Shown here: positions 38,321-50,670 of the stretch, piece after piece
Position numbering within the stretch: position 1 is the first letter of the stretch
Layout of the letters: every line of letters starts with the position of its first letter
Source: Octopus vulgaris
Taxonomy: Eukaryota
Length of the DNA stretch: 64,000 nucleotides
Assembly (NCBI GenBank): GCA_951406725.2
Contig: OX597829.1
Coordinates: 30,938,001 to 31,002,000, forward strand
Direction of reading: 5' to 3'
Position numbers and translations under genes: made by a program
The notes under the pieces: model-generated
The model's database searches: none
Told to the model about the DNA's origin: nothing
The model's input: the letters and a program-made list of their open reading frames with translations, nothing else

Positions 38321-38976
38321 TGGAAACATTCTGATGGCGCTTAACTATCAATAACTCATTGTGCTGCGTCTATGACTAATGCACTTAACTGTCAACAGTC
38401 CAGTCTACCTAGCTGTAAGTAGGTACCACATAGTGGTATAATAGTCCACTGTACTGTGTCCACAACTAAGACAAATAACTGACAACATTCCAATCTACCT
38501 GGCTTTTAAGTAGGTGCCACTGTGAGATATAGTTCAATGTACTTTGATAGTCTTGTCAGTGATAAGTTGCACCTAGTTCATGCTGTAAAATATGAACTGG
38601 TAGCATGATGTAACACCAGAAGAAAAAAGAATGGAGACTAATAAAGGGAGATGATGTATGGTAGAAGTTGACCACTGAGTCTTGTTAGAGAAAAACTCCT
38701 CTCCAACACTTGTGGTGTAATAAAATGCATCCAGCATACACACTTTTACCTGGATGCTAATAGGAAGGCATCCAGCTGTAAAAATCATTCAAAAATAAAC
38801 CACCATATATGTCTGTTTCTGCACACATATGCATGTGTGTGTGCACACCTGATGATAAAGAACCATGATAAAGTATTGAAAAATGGATACAAAGATAATT
38901 ATGATGATAACAATGATGACAAACATAGTGGTGATGATGATGGCCAATGATGAACCTGCTGATGAAGGCTTTCTTA

Positions 38977-39379
38977 TCTATAATATAAACTGGACATGGG
39001 CGATCGTTGTACTCTTTCTTGTCTTCAGGTTCACAGCCAAACGGCTGGGTGGATTTGCGTGAAAAATGGCACACATGTGGAGATGGGTGCATAGATTGGA
39101 ATGCAGTTTTTTTATTTTTTTCCTAACCCCCATACTTACCGAGAAAATCGATTAAAACGTCTTCTAATGGAATTCCCCTCTTTCTTCCACCATTAAAACA
39201 ACCAGTTGTTTTCTGATGGGGTGGGGTCAGAAAATTTTCATACAACTGGAGGTTCCAATCAAAACAGGGGACCCGAAATGATAAGGTTGAGAAACGCTGT
39301 TGTATAGATTATGCCTAATCGAAAACGATCACAGCTACATCATCCAAACAGACCAGGTAAAACTGGGCTTAGCTGCTAG
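38977..39379 (+). mobile_element. Non-autonomous Helitron
   Basis: A|TCTATAATATAAA 5' end, 3' hairpin CCAG-GTAAAA-CTGG then CTAG|T. Inserted in an AT dinucleotide with no TSD. Confidence 0.75.
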
Positions 39380-40797
39380 TGTTATATAAAATCAAGTGTA
39401 AATATTGTTCAAGTAGTCAATATGCAGAGAGCGAAGAGGACCAGGTATATAAATAACATAATTAATATTCACATCTTCCTCTGCTTACACTGTTGTGGTC
39501 TTGATTACATTTAACTTGATCTCCTCAGGTAAAAAAAAACCTCTAGTCATATCCTGGTATACCAAAACCAGTTGTGTTTAACTTTATATCTGTCCATCTG
39601 ATAAAATGGATAGAATTCCAGCCATGACTATCCTAACTTTTTACAAAAGCACAGGAAAACTAAGAGCACATTTTTCAACATGTCACTTTTTTAAGATGGT
39701 AGGGTATAAGTCTAGGGAGATTTAGCAGCTGTTTCTAGAATGTTCAGGAATCTTGTAGACGGTCTATCATTGGGTCATGCTTAGTACCAGCAATTTACTA
39801 TGGTTGATACAAATGAGTACAACTAGTCCCTTCACTTTAAATCAGAATGTCAAATGCAGAATGTCTGACAATAGTTAGTTCTATTCCTCTGCATTATGAT
39901 TTCAGATCCTTTCAGAGTTAAGTTTTCATTTCCTCCACCTAGAGTCAATAAAATAAGTACCAGTTATGTAACCAACACTCCAATGGTTATAATGATGAGT
40001 GTTCCACTTGATCCAATTATTGGAACAGCCTGCTTGTGAAATTAACATGCAAGTGGCTGAGTACTCCACAGACATGCATGCCCTTAACATTGTTCTCTAG
40101 GAGATTCAGTGTGATACAGAATGTGACAAGGCTGGTCCTTTGAAATATAGATACCTCTCAATTTTGCCAGTTTAGTAGACTGGAACAATGTGAAATAAAA
40201 GGTTTTGCTCAAGAGTACAATGTACTGCCAGGAATTGAACTCACAACTTTATGATTGTGAGCCAAATACTCTGACCACTAAGCCACACATTTTCACCAGT
40301 TATATACTGAAAACCTTTTTCAAACGACTTAAAATTATTGTGAGTGCTTATCCTACTCCAAAGTAAATCCCATTTTTGTTTAATTAATTGATGCATCCAA
40401 GATCTTGTTCTAATAGTTTCTTCTAGACAATAGAAGGCATATCACAAGGTAGCAAGGTTTCAAAGACCCAGTGTCCTGTTAGAAGGAGGTTGGTAACAGG
40501 GAAAAGAATTTGAACTTGAATGCAAAGAATTGGAACACACACCACAAGACATCACTATAATCATTATTAGATATTGGTGCAGTTGTGACTGTGTAATTAT
40601 GAAGTTCAGTTTGGAATCCTCTGGTTCTGAGTTCAATCCCACTGTGTTTTCTACAGTAGTCATGAACTGACCAATCCTTGCGAGTGGACACTGAAAAGAA
40701 TCCACCCATACATAGATAGACAGATAAACACACATACATACACGCATACACACATACATATATAAGTATATCTATCTGTGTGTGTGTGTGTGTATAT

Positions 40798-40995
40798 ATC
40801 ATCATCATCATCATCATCATCATCGTTTAACATCCGCTTTCCATGCTAACATGGGTTGGACGATTTGACTGAGGACTGGTGAACCAGAAGGCTGCACCAG
40901 GCTCCAATCTGATCTGGCAGAGTTTCTACAGCTGGACGCCCTTCCTAACGTCAACCACTCCGAGAATGTAGTAGATGCTTTTATGTGCCAGCCAG
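40798..40995 (-). mobile_element. SINE family C
   Basis: Reverse complement of 21510-21715, with a (GAT)n tail. Confidence 0.85.
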
Positions 40996-41514
40996 GTGAT
41001 ACTGGCAAAAGCTATGCAGATATATATATATACATAAACATATGTTTGTTGGGTTTCTTTGGGGTTGGTCAAACTGATGTAGATACCTCCAATGAGAATG
41101 GAATATGGTTCAAAAGACAGATAAGGCAGTTCATCATTTTTTCCAATCTACAAAGAAATAGTTAATTTAGCTTTGTTATCAACTAGCATCCTCTCCTCCC
41201 AAATTTCAGTCCATGTGTCTATAGTAGAAAGGATTATTTTAAGATTGATATAAATAAATAATAATAATAAAGAAATATTGCCGTTAATAATAGAATTAAT
41301 AAGGTAATAATAAGGTGGCTAGCAAGTTTACACTGTTGCAAGCACAATATAAAGTAAATTTAGATTCAGTAGGATATATAATACTACATGCTCAAATCAG
41401 AGCCAATGCTCCAAAAACCACATCAACTTATGATAAAGATACATATGAGCAATGCAATGAACATATGAGAAACAGGGTTACCTTTATGTTGAATACAACA
41501 GTAAGCAATGCACA

Positions 41515-41576
41515 TTTCAATATCAATTGATTTCACGCTTTGCATGACAAACATACTCTGTGATCTTCAGTTGAAA
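41515..41576 (-). ncRNA. Type-I hammerhead ribozyme motif (stem II degenerate)
   Basis: Minus strand: tttcaa-CTGAAGA-(29 nt)-GAAAtcaattgaTA-ttgaaa. Perfect stem I and palindromic stem III ATCAATTGAT. Confidence 0.7.
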
Positions 41577-41710
41577 ATAACATTTTAACATCTATTTCTA
41601 AAATGTTCACTGCATTAGCTCATGTGCATTCTTTACTTTAAACATCCTGCTATGTTTAAAAGAAAACTATTGTGAGCAAAAACAATTTTGAATCTATAAT
41701 TAAATAAATA

Positions 41711-42110
41711 GGCACAGGAGTGGCTGTGTGGTAAGTAGCTTGTTTACCAACCACATGGTTCCGGGTTCAGTCCCACTGCGTGGCACCTTGGGCAAGTGTC
41801 TTCTTCTATAGCCTCGGGCCGACCAAAGCCTTGTGAGTGGATTTGGTAGATGGAAACTGAAAGAAGCCCGTCGTATATATGTATATATATGTATATGTGT
41901 GCGTGCTAGTGTTTGTGTTTGTCCCCCTAGCATTGCTCGACAACCAATGCTGGTGAGTTTCTGTCCCCGTCACTTAGCGGTTCGGCAAAAGAGACCGATA
42001 GAATAAGTACTGAGTTTACAAAGAATAAGTCCCGGGGTCGAGTTGCTCGATTAAAGACGGTGCTCCAGCATGGCCGCAGTCAAATGACTGAAACAAGTAA
42101 AAGAGAGAGT
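41711..42110 (+). mobile_element. SINE family A
   Basis: Near-identical to 2345-2760. Confidence 0.92.
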
Positions 42111-42442
42111 AAATAATATATAATAGTATTATGCTAGGATTGACTTCAAGGTGGTGAACTGGCAGCGTCTTTAGAGCATCAGAGAGAATCATTTGAGGTA
42201 TTTGTGGAGGTGTGTGGCTTAGTGGGTAGGGTGTTGGACTTGAGGCATTTGTTCCAAGTTAAAATTGGGCCAAAGTCAAATTTGCAAGGGCATAGAGAAA
42301 CTATGCCAGTTGTCAAGAGGTACAAACACACACACACACACACACAAACACACATACATATATATATATATATATACATATATATATACATATATACATA
42401 TATACATACATACATATATATATATACATATACATACATACG

Positions 42443-42503
<61 letters not shown>

Positions 42504-42839
42504 GTACACTCCACCTTCCTCCTTTTATATCTACTTCTTTCTTACCTTTTCTAGCCTTTTCTCTCATCCTATCATCCCATTTTTTGTTTGATTTTGCCAT
42601 GCAGGCAGTGCCTGATGATTGAGCTAGGACACCAGATGTATTAATAAACACTGTTTGGCATGTGTTTAGCACATGAAACTAAAAGTAGCATATAAAAACG
42701 TATATTGTGTTTATTAAATAATATTTATCTTTGACTAGATGGAATACTTTTTTTGTTGACCTTACCATCATGGAACAGTACACTATACATCCATCCATCC
42801 ATCAATCCATCCATCCATCCATCCATCCATCCATCCATC

Positions 42840-42873
<34 letters not shown>

Positions 42874-42999
42874 TTTAATTAGAGGATATGGTAACCTCAT
42901 AAAGGGGTGGTTACACCCAAGGAAATACTGGTTCAATATATAGTATTATTGGGGAATGAAACTCCCTTAAAGGAATGGGTATATATTAAGCATATAGTA

Positions 43000-43119
43000 T
43001 ATATCCAGTTAAATTAAGAAAAGACATTGTAGAGTAGGAAGTTAATAGTTATTTATTATTAACATAATAATTATTAACTTCCTACTCTCCATTTTCTTCT
43101 CTTTATTTTACTGGATATA
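43000..43119. repeat. Imperfect palindrome beside (TA)n
   Basis: TATATCCAGT..AGAGTAGGAAGTTAATA pairs with TATTAACTTCCTACTCT..ACTGGATATA. Confidence 0.8.
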
Positions 43120-43176
<57 letters not shown>

Positions 43177-44319
43177 TACATAATATGCATATTAATAAAA
43201 AATAATATGTGCATGTATTTATACACAGACATGATAGGCTTCCACACAGTTTCTATCTGCCAAATCCACTTATAAATCTTTGTACAGCCTGCAGCAATAG
43301 TAGAGGGCACTTGCCAAAGGTGGCAGTGGGATTGAACCAGAAATCATGTGGTTCTAAAGTGAGCTTCTTAACCAGACAGTCATGTTTGCAGCTGAATGAA
43401 ATCAATGACCATTTTGTAGCAAAAATGTTTTTGGAAAGTTCACCAGTTTTATACAAAGAAAAATAAAACCATAAAAGTTTATTAATCCATTCTCATCCCA
43501 ACACCCGGACAAAAGACTAAACCCCACCATACACACACTGCACCACAATTAAGACTAAGGCCCCCTTCCCTCCTCCCCGGATGTACTCAACAACTTCTCT
43601 TCCTCATTGTAAGCTAATTTATTCTGTTTTGTGAGCTTTCTGAATTTACTGTTTGTCATTACTAGCTTCCTGAGATTCAACGGTTTTCCGTTAAAATATA
43701 TTCATTGCTGATATCAAAATAATATCATGATATCGCTCCCCAATAACAAAATCAACAAGAGCAACAACAACAACAAAAAAATGGGAAAATAGTAAGATAA
43801 AATATATGCTGAAATAGAGAAATGTTCTTTTACTTAATTACATGAGGAGGGAATATGTTAATGTTTTTGTGAATATTGATGCATATGATATCATTTGATA
43901 TTTCCAGATATACATATAGCTGAAGATATTGTTAGATACAGATGTGATAGCGACTGATATTGCCTTACATATGCAAGATAGCAGATGATACTGCAATACT
44001 GCCATATGTATACACAAGATGATAGTAGATGATGTCAGATATACAAATATGCATAAGTTAGCTGTTGTTCTTGCCATATACACCATTGCTCTCATTGTCG
44101 TCATCATCGTCGTCATCATCATCATCATCATCATCGTTTTAACATCCACTTTCTCATGCTTGCATGGGCCAAGCAGAATATACTGAGACAGGATGTCTAT
44201 ACCAAAGATGTCCTTTCTTTGTCAGTCTTCTCCTGTTTCTAAGTAAGATCAAACAACATTGATCATTTGCAACAAATATGCCATCATGACACGGGTAAAA
44301 CATACACATACATACATAG

Positions 44320-44510
44320 TGAGATTTTGAAAGAAAACAAAAATGAAGACGGGTGTGTAAACAACAAACAGATGTATTAGTTTAATGCTCAGGAAGTGAG
44401 AAAGTCTTTTACATTTCGAGCCTACGCTCTTCGACAGAAAGCAACACAGAAATAAACAGGGAGAGAAAATAGAAAAAGGTTTTAATGGCTAGCGATCTAT
44501 CATGGTGAAT
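44320..44510 (-). mobile_element. Short repeat family X carrying an HHR-like variant (44406-44441)
   Basis: cttt-CTGTCGAA-gagc gtag gctc-GAAAtgTA-aaag. Relatives at 56578-56613, 27576-27611, about 21060 and about 23190. Confidence 0.65.
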
Positions 44511-44626
44511 GCATATGTACATGCATACATACACCATACACACACACATACATACACATACATACATACATACATACATACATACATACATACATAAATA
44601 CATACATACATACATACATACATACA

Positions 44627-44655
<29 letters not shown>

Positions 44656-44659
<4 letters not shown>

Positions 44660-45108
44660 TCCGTTTTGGGATTTGGTTTGGAAGATTCTTTATGTGAGTT
44701 TGTGTACACTCTGAGATGTAGAGCATGTGCTCTACATCTTAGAGAGTGCTTCTTCTCTGGATCTGAGTTTTACACAAACAATCCTTTTCACTCCCTGGCC
44801 AGAGTTTTCCACAGAGACAACATGGTTTCTGTTAAATAGCTGACCAGGGCTGAACTTCTACATATTTTATAGAACCCACAGGTCTCTCATAAATATGGAA
44901 CAATTCTGACCTCGAATACTCCACCAAAAACATCTCCACGTCATCCAATGAACTAACTATACACCTGCATGCTGCTGGAAAAGATAATGGACGTGATTAG
45001 GCATATGAGGTGGAATACCTTTCACTACGATCTAGCCACACAGTGACCGGAGAGTAACAACTATGGCATTAGATCAAGAAAACACCCACCCATGCCAGCC
45101 CCATTAAA
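44656..45108 (+). mobile_element. Penelope-like element 5' fragment (ORF N-terminus, frameshifted)
   Basis: DLEYSTKNISTSSNEL and YTCMLLEKIMDVIRHMRWNTFHY resemble the recalled PLE N-terminal motif YSxKNIPxPS..LIEKxExxIKRMRWKA. Flanked by (CATA)n and (TATG)n. Confidence 0.7.
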
Positions 45109-45141
<33 letters not shown>

Positions 45142-45317
45142 TGTATGTATGTATGTATGTATGTATGTATGTATGTATGTATGTATGTATGTATGTATGT
45201 GTGTATGTATGTATGTGTGTGTATATATATGTGTGTGTGTGTATGTATGTATGTATGTATGTATGTATGTATGTATGTATGTATGAGTGTGTGTATGAAT
45301 GTATGTATGTATGTATA

Positions 45318-46468
45318 CCGTTTTTGCTCAAGTAATAGTTGATCTTATGTAAAAGTTGATACCCTATTTTTGGCCAAAATATTTAGAAATTTTCCATAGA
45401 TCCCGTACAAAAGTTGAACTTAGTATTTCATGAACAACAGGACAATATTTGTGGGTGAAGGTACTGTATTATACTGTACATAGAAATAACACTGTTACAA
45501 AATTGTGAGGCTATCTTACTGTAGAGGGAATACTTGATGCTCATAATGGAATGCTCATAGTAAAACACTGTTTAATAGTTAGCACTACACATTTGTTGAT
45601 GGGTGTTACATCACCATTACCAAAATGTATGCACAATATATGCTGCAAGCCTGCATACATCTTCAAGCACAATAAACACATGCATCATACAGTCGTTGTT
45701 TACATGGCAAGAAACATGTTTCACAGACACCACTATTGGTGAACACTGGCAAATGCCACTATCTGAAAACATTCAATTAATCGGTATATCCGTGGTTCCC
45801 ACGTGACCTTTATATTTTCCTTATCTCCAAATACAATAAACACATGCATCATACGCTCGTCTGTTTACATGGTGAGAAACGTGTTTCAGAGACAGCACTA
45901 TCAGTGAACAACAGCAAACACTACAATATGAATTCAAAAGGCATAACTTTGGTAAGCCTAAAAACATTTAATTAATCACTAGATCAGTGGTTGCCAAACT
46001 TTTTTTACCGCGGAATCCTTTAAGATTATTTTTAAAAATGTGGAGCCACTGATAACTTTTTGAGGAATCCTAGGGTTTTGCAGAACACACTTTGGGAATC
46101 CCTGCCCCAGATTAACAGCTTTGCACCATATTATGGACATTTACTGGTAACTGCACATGACATCCTGCAACTTTTTTTTTTTAGAGAAAGTGTAAATATT
46201 TATAAGAGCTACGTGGTCTTGTTTATAGGTTTTGTTATTTACTAGGATGTTTGTTTTGATGCATAGAATTGGTAATATTATGGTAATTCGTTGTGTTTTT
46301 GTTTTTATTCGCTTTGAGATCAGTTGGGCTTCTGCTGCTGATACAGTACTTAGGATTCTAGCTTGAATTTCAGCCCCTCAAAAGTAGTATCCATGTAATA
46401 GTTGACCCCATAAATTTGACCTTAAAAAAATGGTCTAAACAATTTGACTTTTACACAAGTATATACAG
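45318..46468. mobile_element. Pogo/Tc2-like non-autonomous DNA transposon with internal repeats and a nested MITE
   Basis: TA-CCGT..GTAAAAGTTGA and TTGACTTTTACACAAGTATATACAG-TA ends. Internal direct repeat of about 90 bp at 45669 and 45832. Confidence 0.7.
45985..46104. mobile_element. 120-bp hAT-type MITE
   Basis: CAGTGGTTGCCAAA..TTTGGGAATCCCTG TIRs. Flanks CACTAGAT and CCCCAGAT form a degenerate 8-bp TSD. Confidence 0.7.
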
Positions 46469-46639
46469 TATATTTATTTTGCTTTATCTTTTACTTGTTT
46501 CAGTCATAACACTATGACCATACTGGGGCTGAAAAGACAGAGGTGGTTGATAGTTACAAGTTGATAGCTGCGGAATAATAATGATAATAATAATAATAAT
46601 ATGATAATGATAATGCTGTTGATAATGATGATGATGATA

Positions 46640-46827
46640 AACATGGATAGAGAGAAGTTGTACCTGAAGAAAAATTGACTGTTATCAGGAAGGAGTGGGT
46701 CTAGTAATTCACGTATGGCCGGAAGAGAAGCAAGAAGAGGAGAGATGGGTGGATGAGGGATGCTTGAGTGATGGTGGCATCAGACCAGCCATCTCTGAGG
46801 AGATGAGGCAATTGCAGTTGTAGCAAC

Positions 46828-46878
<51 letters not shown>

Positions 46879-49000
46879 ATCAGCAACCTTAGTGAAATCA
46901 GAGACATGAGTGTGTTGATGAGTAGCTTCATGTTACTCAGTTGATTGGTATCTCTTTGGGTGTTCTCTAAGAAATTTTTTGGTGTGGCTGTAAAGTCACT
47001 CCTAAATATGGGTGCAATACTCCATTGTGGGTCTAACCTCAGCTTTGCAGGAGGTTAGTTATTATGAGAAAGCTGAAGTATGTTCTAACCTTGAAGAAGG
47101 AAACCAGTTATTGTTTTAATGAGGATGTTCATTCACCAGGAGAGATCTTTAGTGACATTCAAGCCTGGCATTAGTAAACAGACTTGATGATTCTAGTAGT
47201 GCACTGTTCATGTATAGGATGAATATTGTTTTCTTGCTTGTGAGAGTTGATTGTAACCTTTAATGAAGACAAGGTTGCATGAGCTCATTGGATGAAGATT
47301 TTTAATGTCTGTTCATGGAGTCAATGCAAATTTGATTCAATTGCAACAGCATGCTTTGGTATGGAAGTTCAAGGAGGAATAAAGGGAGTCATATATACTG
47401 TATCAAATGCACTTTTACATAAAATGCACCTCTATTTTACAAAGAAATTTTATGGATAAAAAAAATGGAAGAAACTCGATATGTTTCGCATTACACTTTT
47501 TGAAAGATATCTTGAAGTGGTTTTGTTGGGGAGAGGAATAAAATGTATGATTCTATGCATGTAAATACAATATTTTGACAGCAATAAAGTAAAAAAAAAA
47601 AACAATAAATTTATCATAAACTACATTGTGGGAGTAACATATTTCAACTTATTTTCTTTCAGGTCGACAGCTTAGTTTTTAATATTTTGGTTAAGAGAAT
47701 TTGCCATACAGAGTGGTTGTAAAAATATTTCTGGTTGTGTTTTTTTGTGTAACTGTGATCGGTCACCAGGGTGGCACACCCTACTGTTATTTACTTGTCA
47801 TCCACACATTACAAATAACTGACAGGCAGATGAAAGTTTGTTACCATTCCATTCATTTTCATGATGATAATGATGATAATGATGATGATGATAATGATAA
47901 TTATAAAATGTTTCTTAAAAGTAACATAGTTATTAAATAGTGTAAGACACATATCAAGTGTGGGTTTATGTGCTGACAAACTAGGTATAATGAAATGATG
48001 TGACCTCCACACATAACTACTGATATACCATTTGTAATTTTTCAATGTTTTAATACTAGTAAGAATTAAGACGGTGACTGACAGGGTTGTTAGCATGCTG
48101 GGTAAAATGCTTGGTGGCATTTTGTCTATCTTCATGTTCTGAGTTCAAATTCTGCTAAGGTCGACTTTGACTTTCATCCTTTTGGGATCGATAAAATAAG
48201 TATCAGTTATGCACTGGAGCTGATTTAATTGATTTAGAATCTCCCTTAAAATTGCTGGCCTTGTGCCAAAATTTGAAATCAATATTTGTAAGAATTATTG
48301 TACCTAATGGACTTATACTCACCCATTGCCCTGGTATACAGCACTCAGTCTCTCATCCACAATATGATTACAGTAAGTGCAGGGTAATTTTTTGATATAT
48401 TTAAAAATATAAAAGCATCTTATACACTGGTAAACACTGTACATAGAGGAGTGATCCTTATGTTACGTGATGGCAAGCATGTCATTCACATATAGGCTAA
48501 AAGAGAATAGAGTGACAAAACCAAACTTTGAAATGCACCAAAGTTGAGTTGGTAGCATGTACTTGCATTAATGGAATAATCAGACAGAAAGCTACTGGTC
48601 CTGCTCCAAGGCATAGGAAACTCATAGTTGAGTAGTTTTATTGGGAGATTTATATTCCAGACATTGTGAAATGTTTTGCTGAAGTCAAGTGTAAAATTGA
48701 ACTAGAGGAACAGATTACAGCTCAAATGATTTGAGAGATATCAGATACAATTTGACTAATTCATTTGATTAACAACAGAGGAAAAAGCAAAAACGGTTGG
48801 GTGATGAATCAGCATTATATAAAGCTCCGGTAAGAGTTCCTAAATGTATTAGTAATGATGAGTTTAGACAAATAGACGGAGAAAGCAGAAGATTAAGATA
48901 ATCAGTCAGCATGTTAAGATACAAAGAATTTTTTTTATCTGTAGAGTAGAAAACTAAATTGTACCTTCAACTCAAAGAAGATCATTTTGGTGGCTGTTTC
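46640..49000 (-). mobile_element. Fragmented CR1/Jockey-like LINE RT and 3' region (pieces 46640-47420 and 48380-49000)
   Basis: Minus-strand LDFSKTFHNVW (LDISKAFDRVW) and VRPTMEYCTHI (VRPxMEYCSHIW). Confidence 0.65.
48069..48282 (+). mobile_element. SINE family B variant
   Basis: GTTAGCATGCTGGG..GAGTTCAAATTC..GGTCGACTTTG. Confidence 0.82.
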
Positions 49001-49077
49001 TAAGATTAAGTGGAATAGCTTTGGAAAAACTGCTAGTAAAATTCTTAGTTTTCAGCCTCAAAAATTTTATATATATG

Positions 49078-49885
49078 CCGTATATTTCGGTATATAAGGC
49101 GACCAACAGATCAAACAACCCAAAAATCTGAGAAAAATTTCATAGCTTTAGCTAATATCTGAAGTATAAGACGACCTTTAAAATACGAAACTTGCCCAAG
49201 TTTAAAAATAGCCTAAGCAACAGTATAAAAGTTACCATATCATATAAAATACCAGGTATTAATTAAAGACAATGTTATTAGAAATGTTATTTTACTTACC
49301 GTATCCTTGAAAGTTAAGACATGAAATTATATAGTATTAACATAAATTTGTATAAGATGATGAAACAGATTCTTTCTTTAATGCTGTCAATCGTAACAAC
49401 ATAAACAAAGGCGTGTTTATGCCTTTGTTCAGATGATGATGATTGTAGCAATTTTGAAGGATTAAATGTTTGAATCATAACTAAATAACAATGTGTATTA
49501 TGTGGTATGTTTAATTTTTTTTTGTATTATTTTTATTAAAATTGATAATCTTAGTGAAACATGTTTTGTAATACTTTGTATTCAAATTCGTAATCTTAGT
49601 GAGAAATAAAAGGTTTTCTGTAGATTGTAGAGTTTTAGGTAACTGCAGTTCTATTACATTATTAGTGTCATATATTAATGTGAATTGTTTTAAATACAAG
49701 TACTTACATCGGTAGTTACTGCACAGAAGCTGTCGTTGTTATTAAAATAAGGTTAGGCTTGGTTTTCTGCACAAATAAACCACAAGATGTAAAGTTCACT
49801 TTTTGTTACTGTTAGTTAAGATCACCCTCAATTTTGGTGTGATTTTGGGGTTCTAAAAGGTTGTCCTATACACCGAAATATATGA
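49078..49885. mobile_element. Pogo/Tc2-like MITE
   Basis: TIRs CCGTATATTTCGGTATATAAGGCGACC and GGTTGTCCTATACACCGAAATATATGA, in TA context. Confidence 0.82.
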
Positions 49886-49899
49886 TATATATATATATA

Positions 49900-50670
49900 T
49901 TGAGTTATCCCATAAATAATGCAGTTTTTTTTATACTACTTTTACTTTTCAAAATTATACTCTCCTTCATTTTCTAAAATGCTCTTCCATCTATCTGGTA
50001 GACTAGTAAGGCCTCAAAGTTCACTTGTTCGTAATGAAAAATACTCCTCCAGTACTGTTCTGACCGCATCTACAGAATTCATATCTTTTCTGTCCAAATG
50101 ATTTTGAAGACTGTGGAATAAATGATAATCAGAGAGGGCAATGTCCGGTGAATATGATGGGTGGGGTATTGCTTCCCATTCAAACTGCCCCAGCCTTTGA
50201 AATGTTATCCTTGCTGTATATTGCTGAGCATCATCCTGATGGAAGAACCACCTTCCATCTTGAAATCAAAAATGGTCATTTTGTGATGGCACACAGGTTT
50301 CGCTGAATGGTTGAATGACCAAATCCAAGCTTCTCTGCTAGTTCCTCAACAGTTACGACGGGATTTTGTTCTATGAAGGTTTGCAGGACATCCTCGTCAA
50401 GCGCTACAGATCTTCCAGGATGAGGCTTGTCTTTCTAGGCAGTAGTTTCCTGCTTGGAATTTCTGGAACCACCGTTGACACTGGCTTATGCTTAATGTCC
50501 GATCGCTGTATGCTGCATTAATATTCCTTGCACTTTCAATTGCGTTGTTGCCTTTATTGAACTCATAAAGCAAAAGATGCGAATATGCTCCTTTGTATCT
50601 TCCATTACAGCTTTGAAAACATAATTGTTAAAATCAAACCACTGTCTTCAAAACTTGCACTAAGAATAAG
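49900..50670 (-). mobile_element. Mariner (Hsmar1/SETMAR-like) remnant, internally deleted
   Basis: TIR TTGAGTTATCCCATAAATAATGCAG. Minus-strand MEDTKEHIR..LLYEFNKGNNA, FHQDDAQ and HPSYSPDIALSDYHLF. Confidence 0.88.

Noticed and set aside
47645-47720. Splice-acceptor-like TTTTCTTTCAG|G with a short reading frame
   Set aside because: No recognisable peptide, partner exons or donor site.
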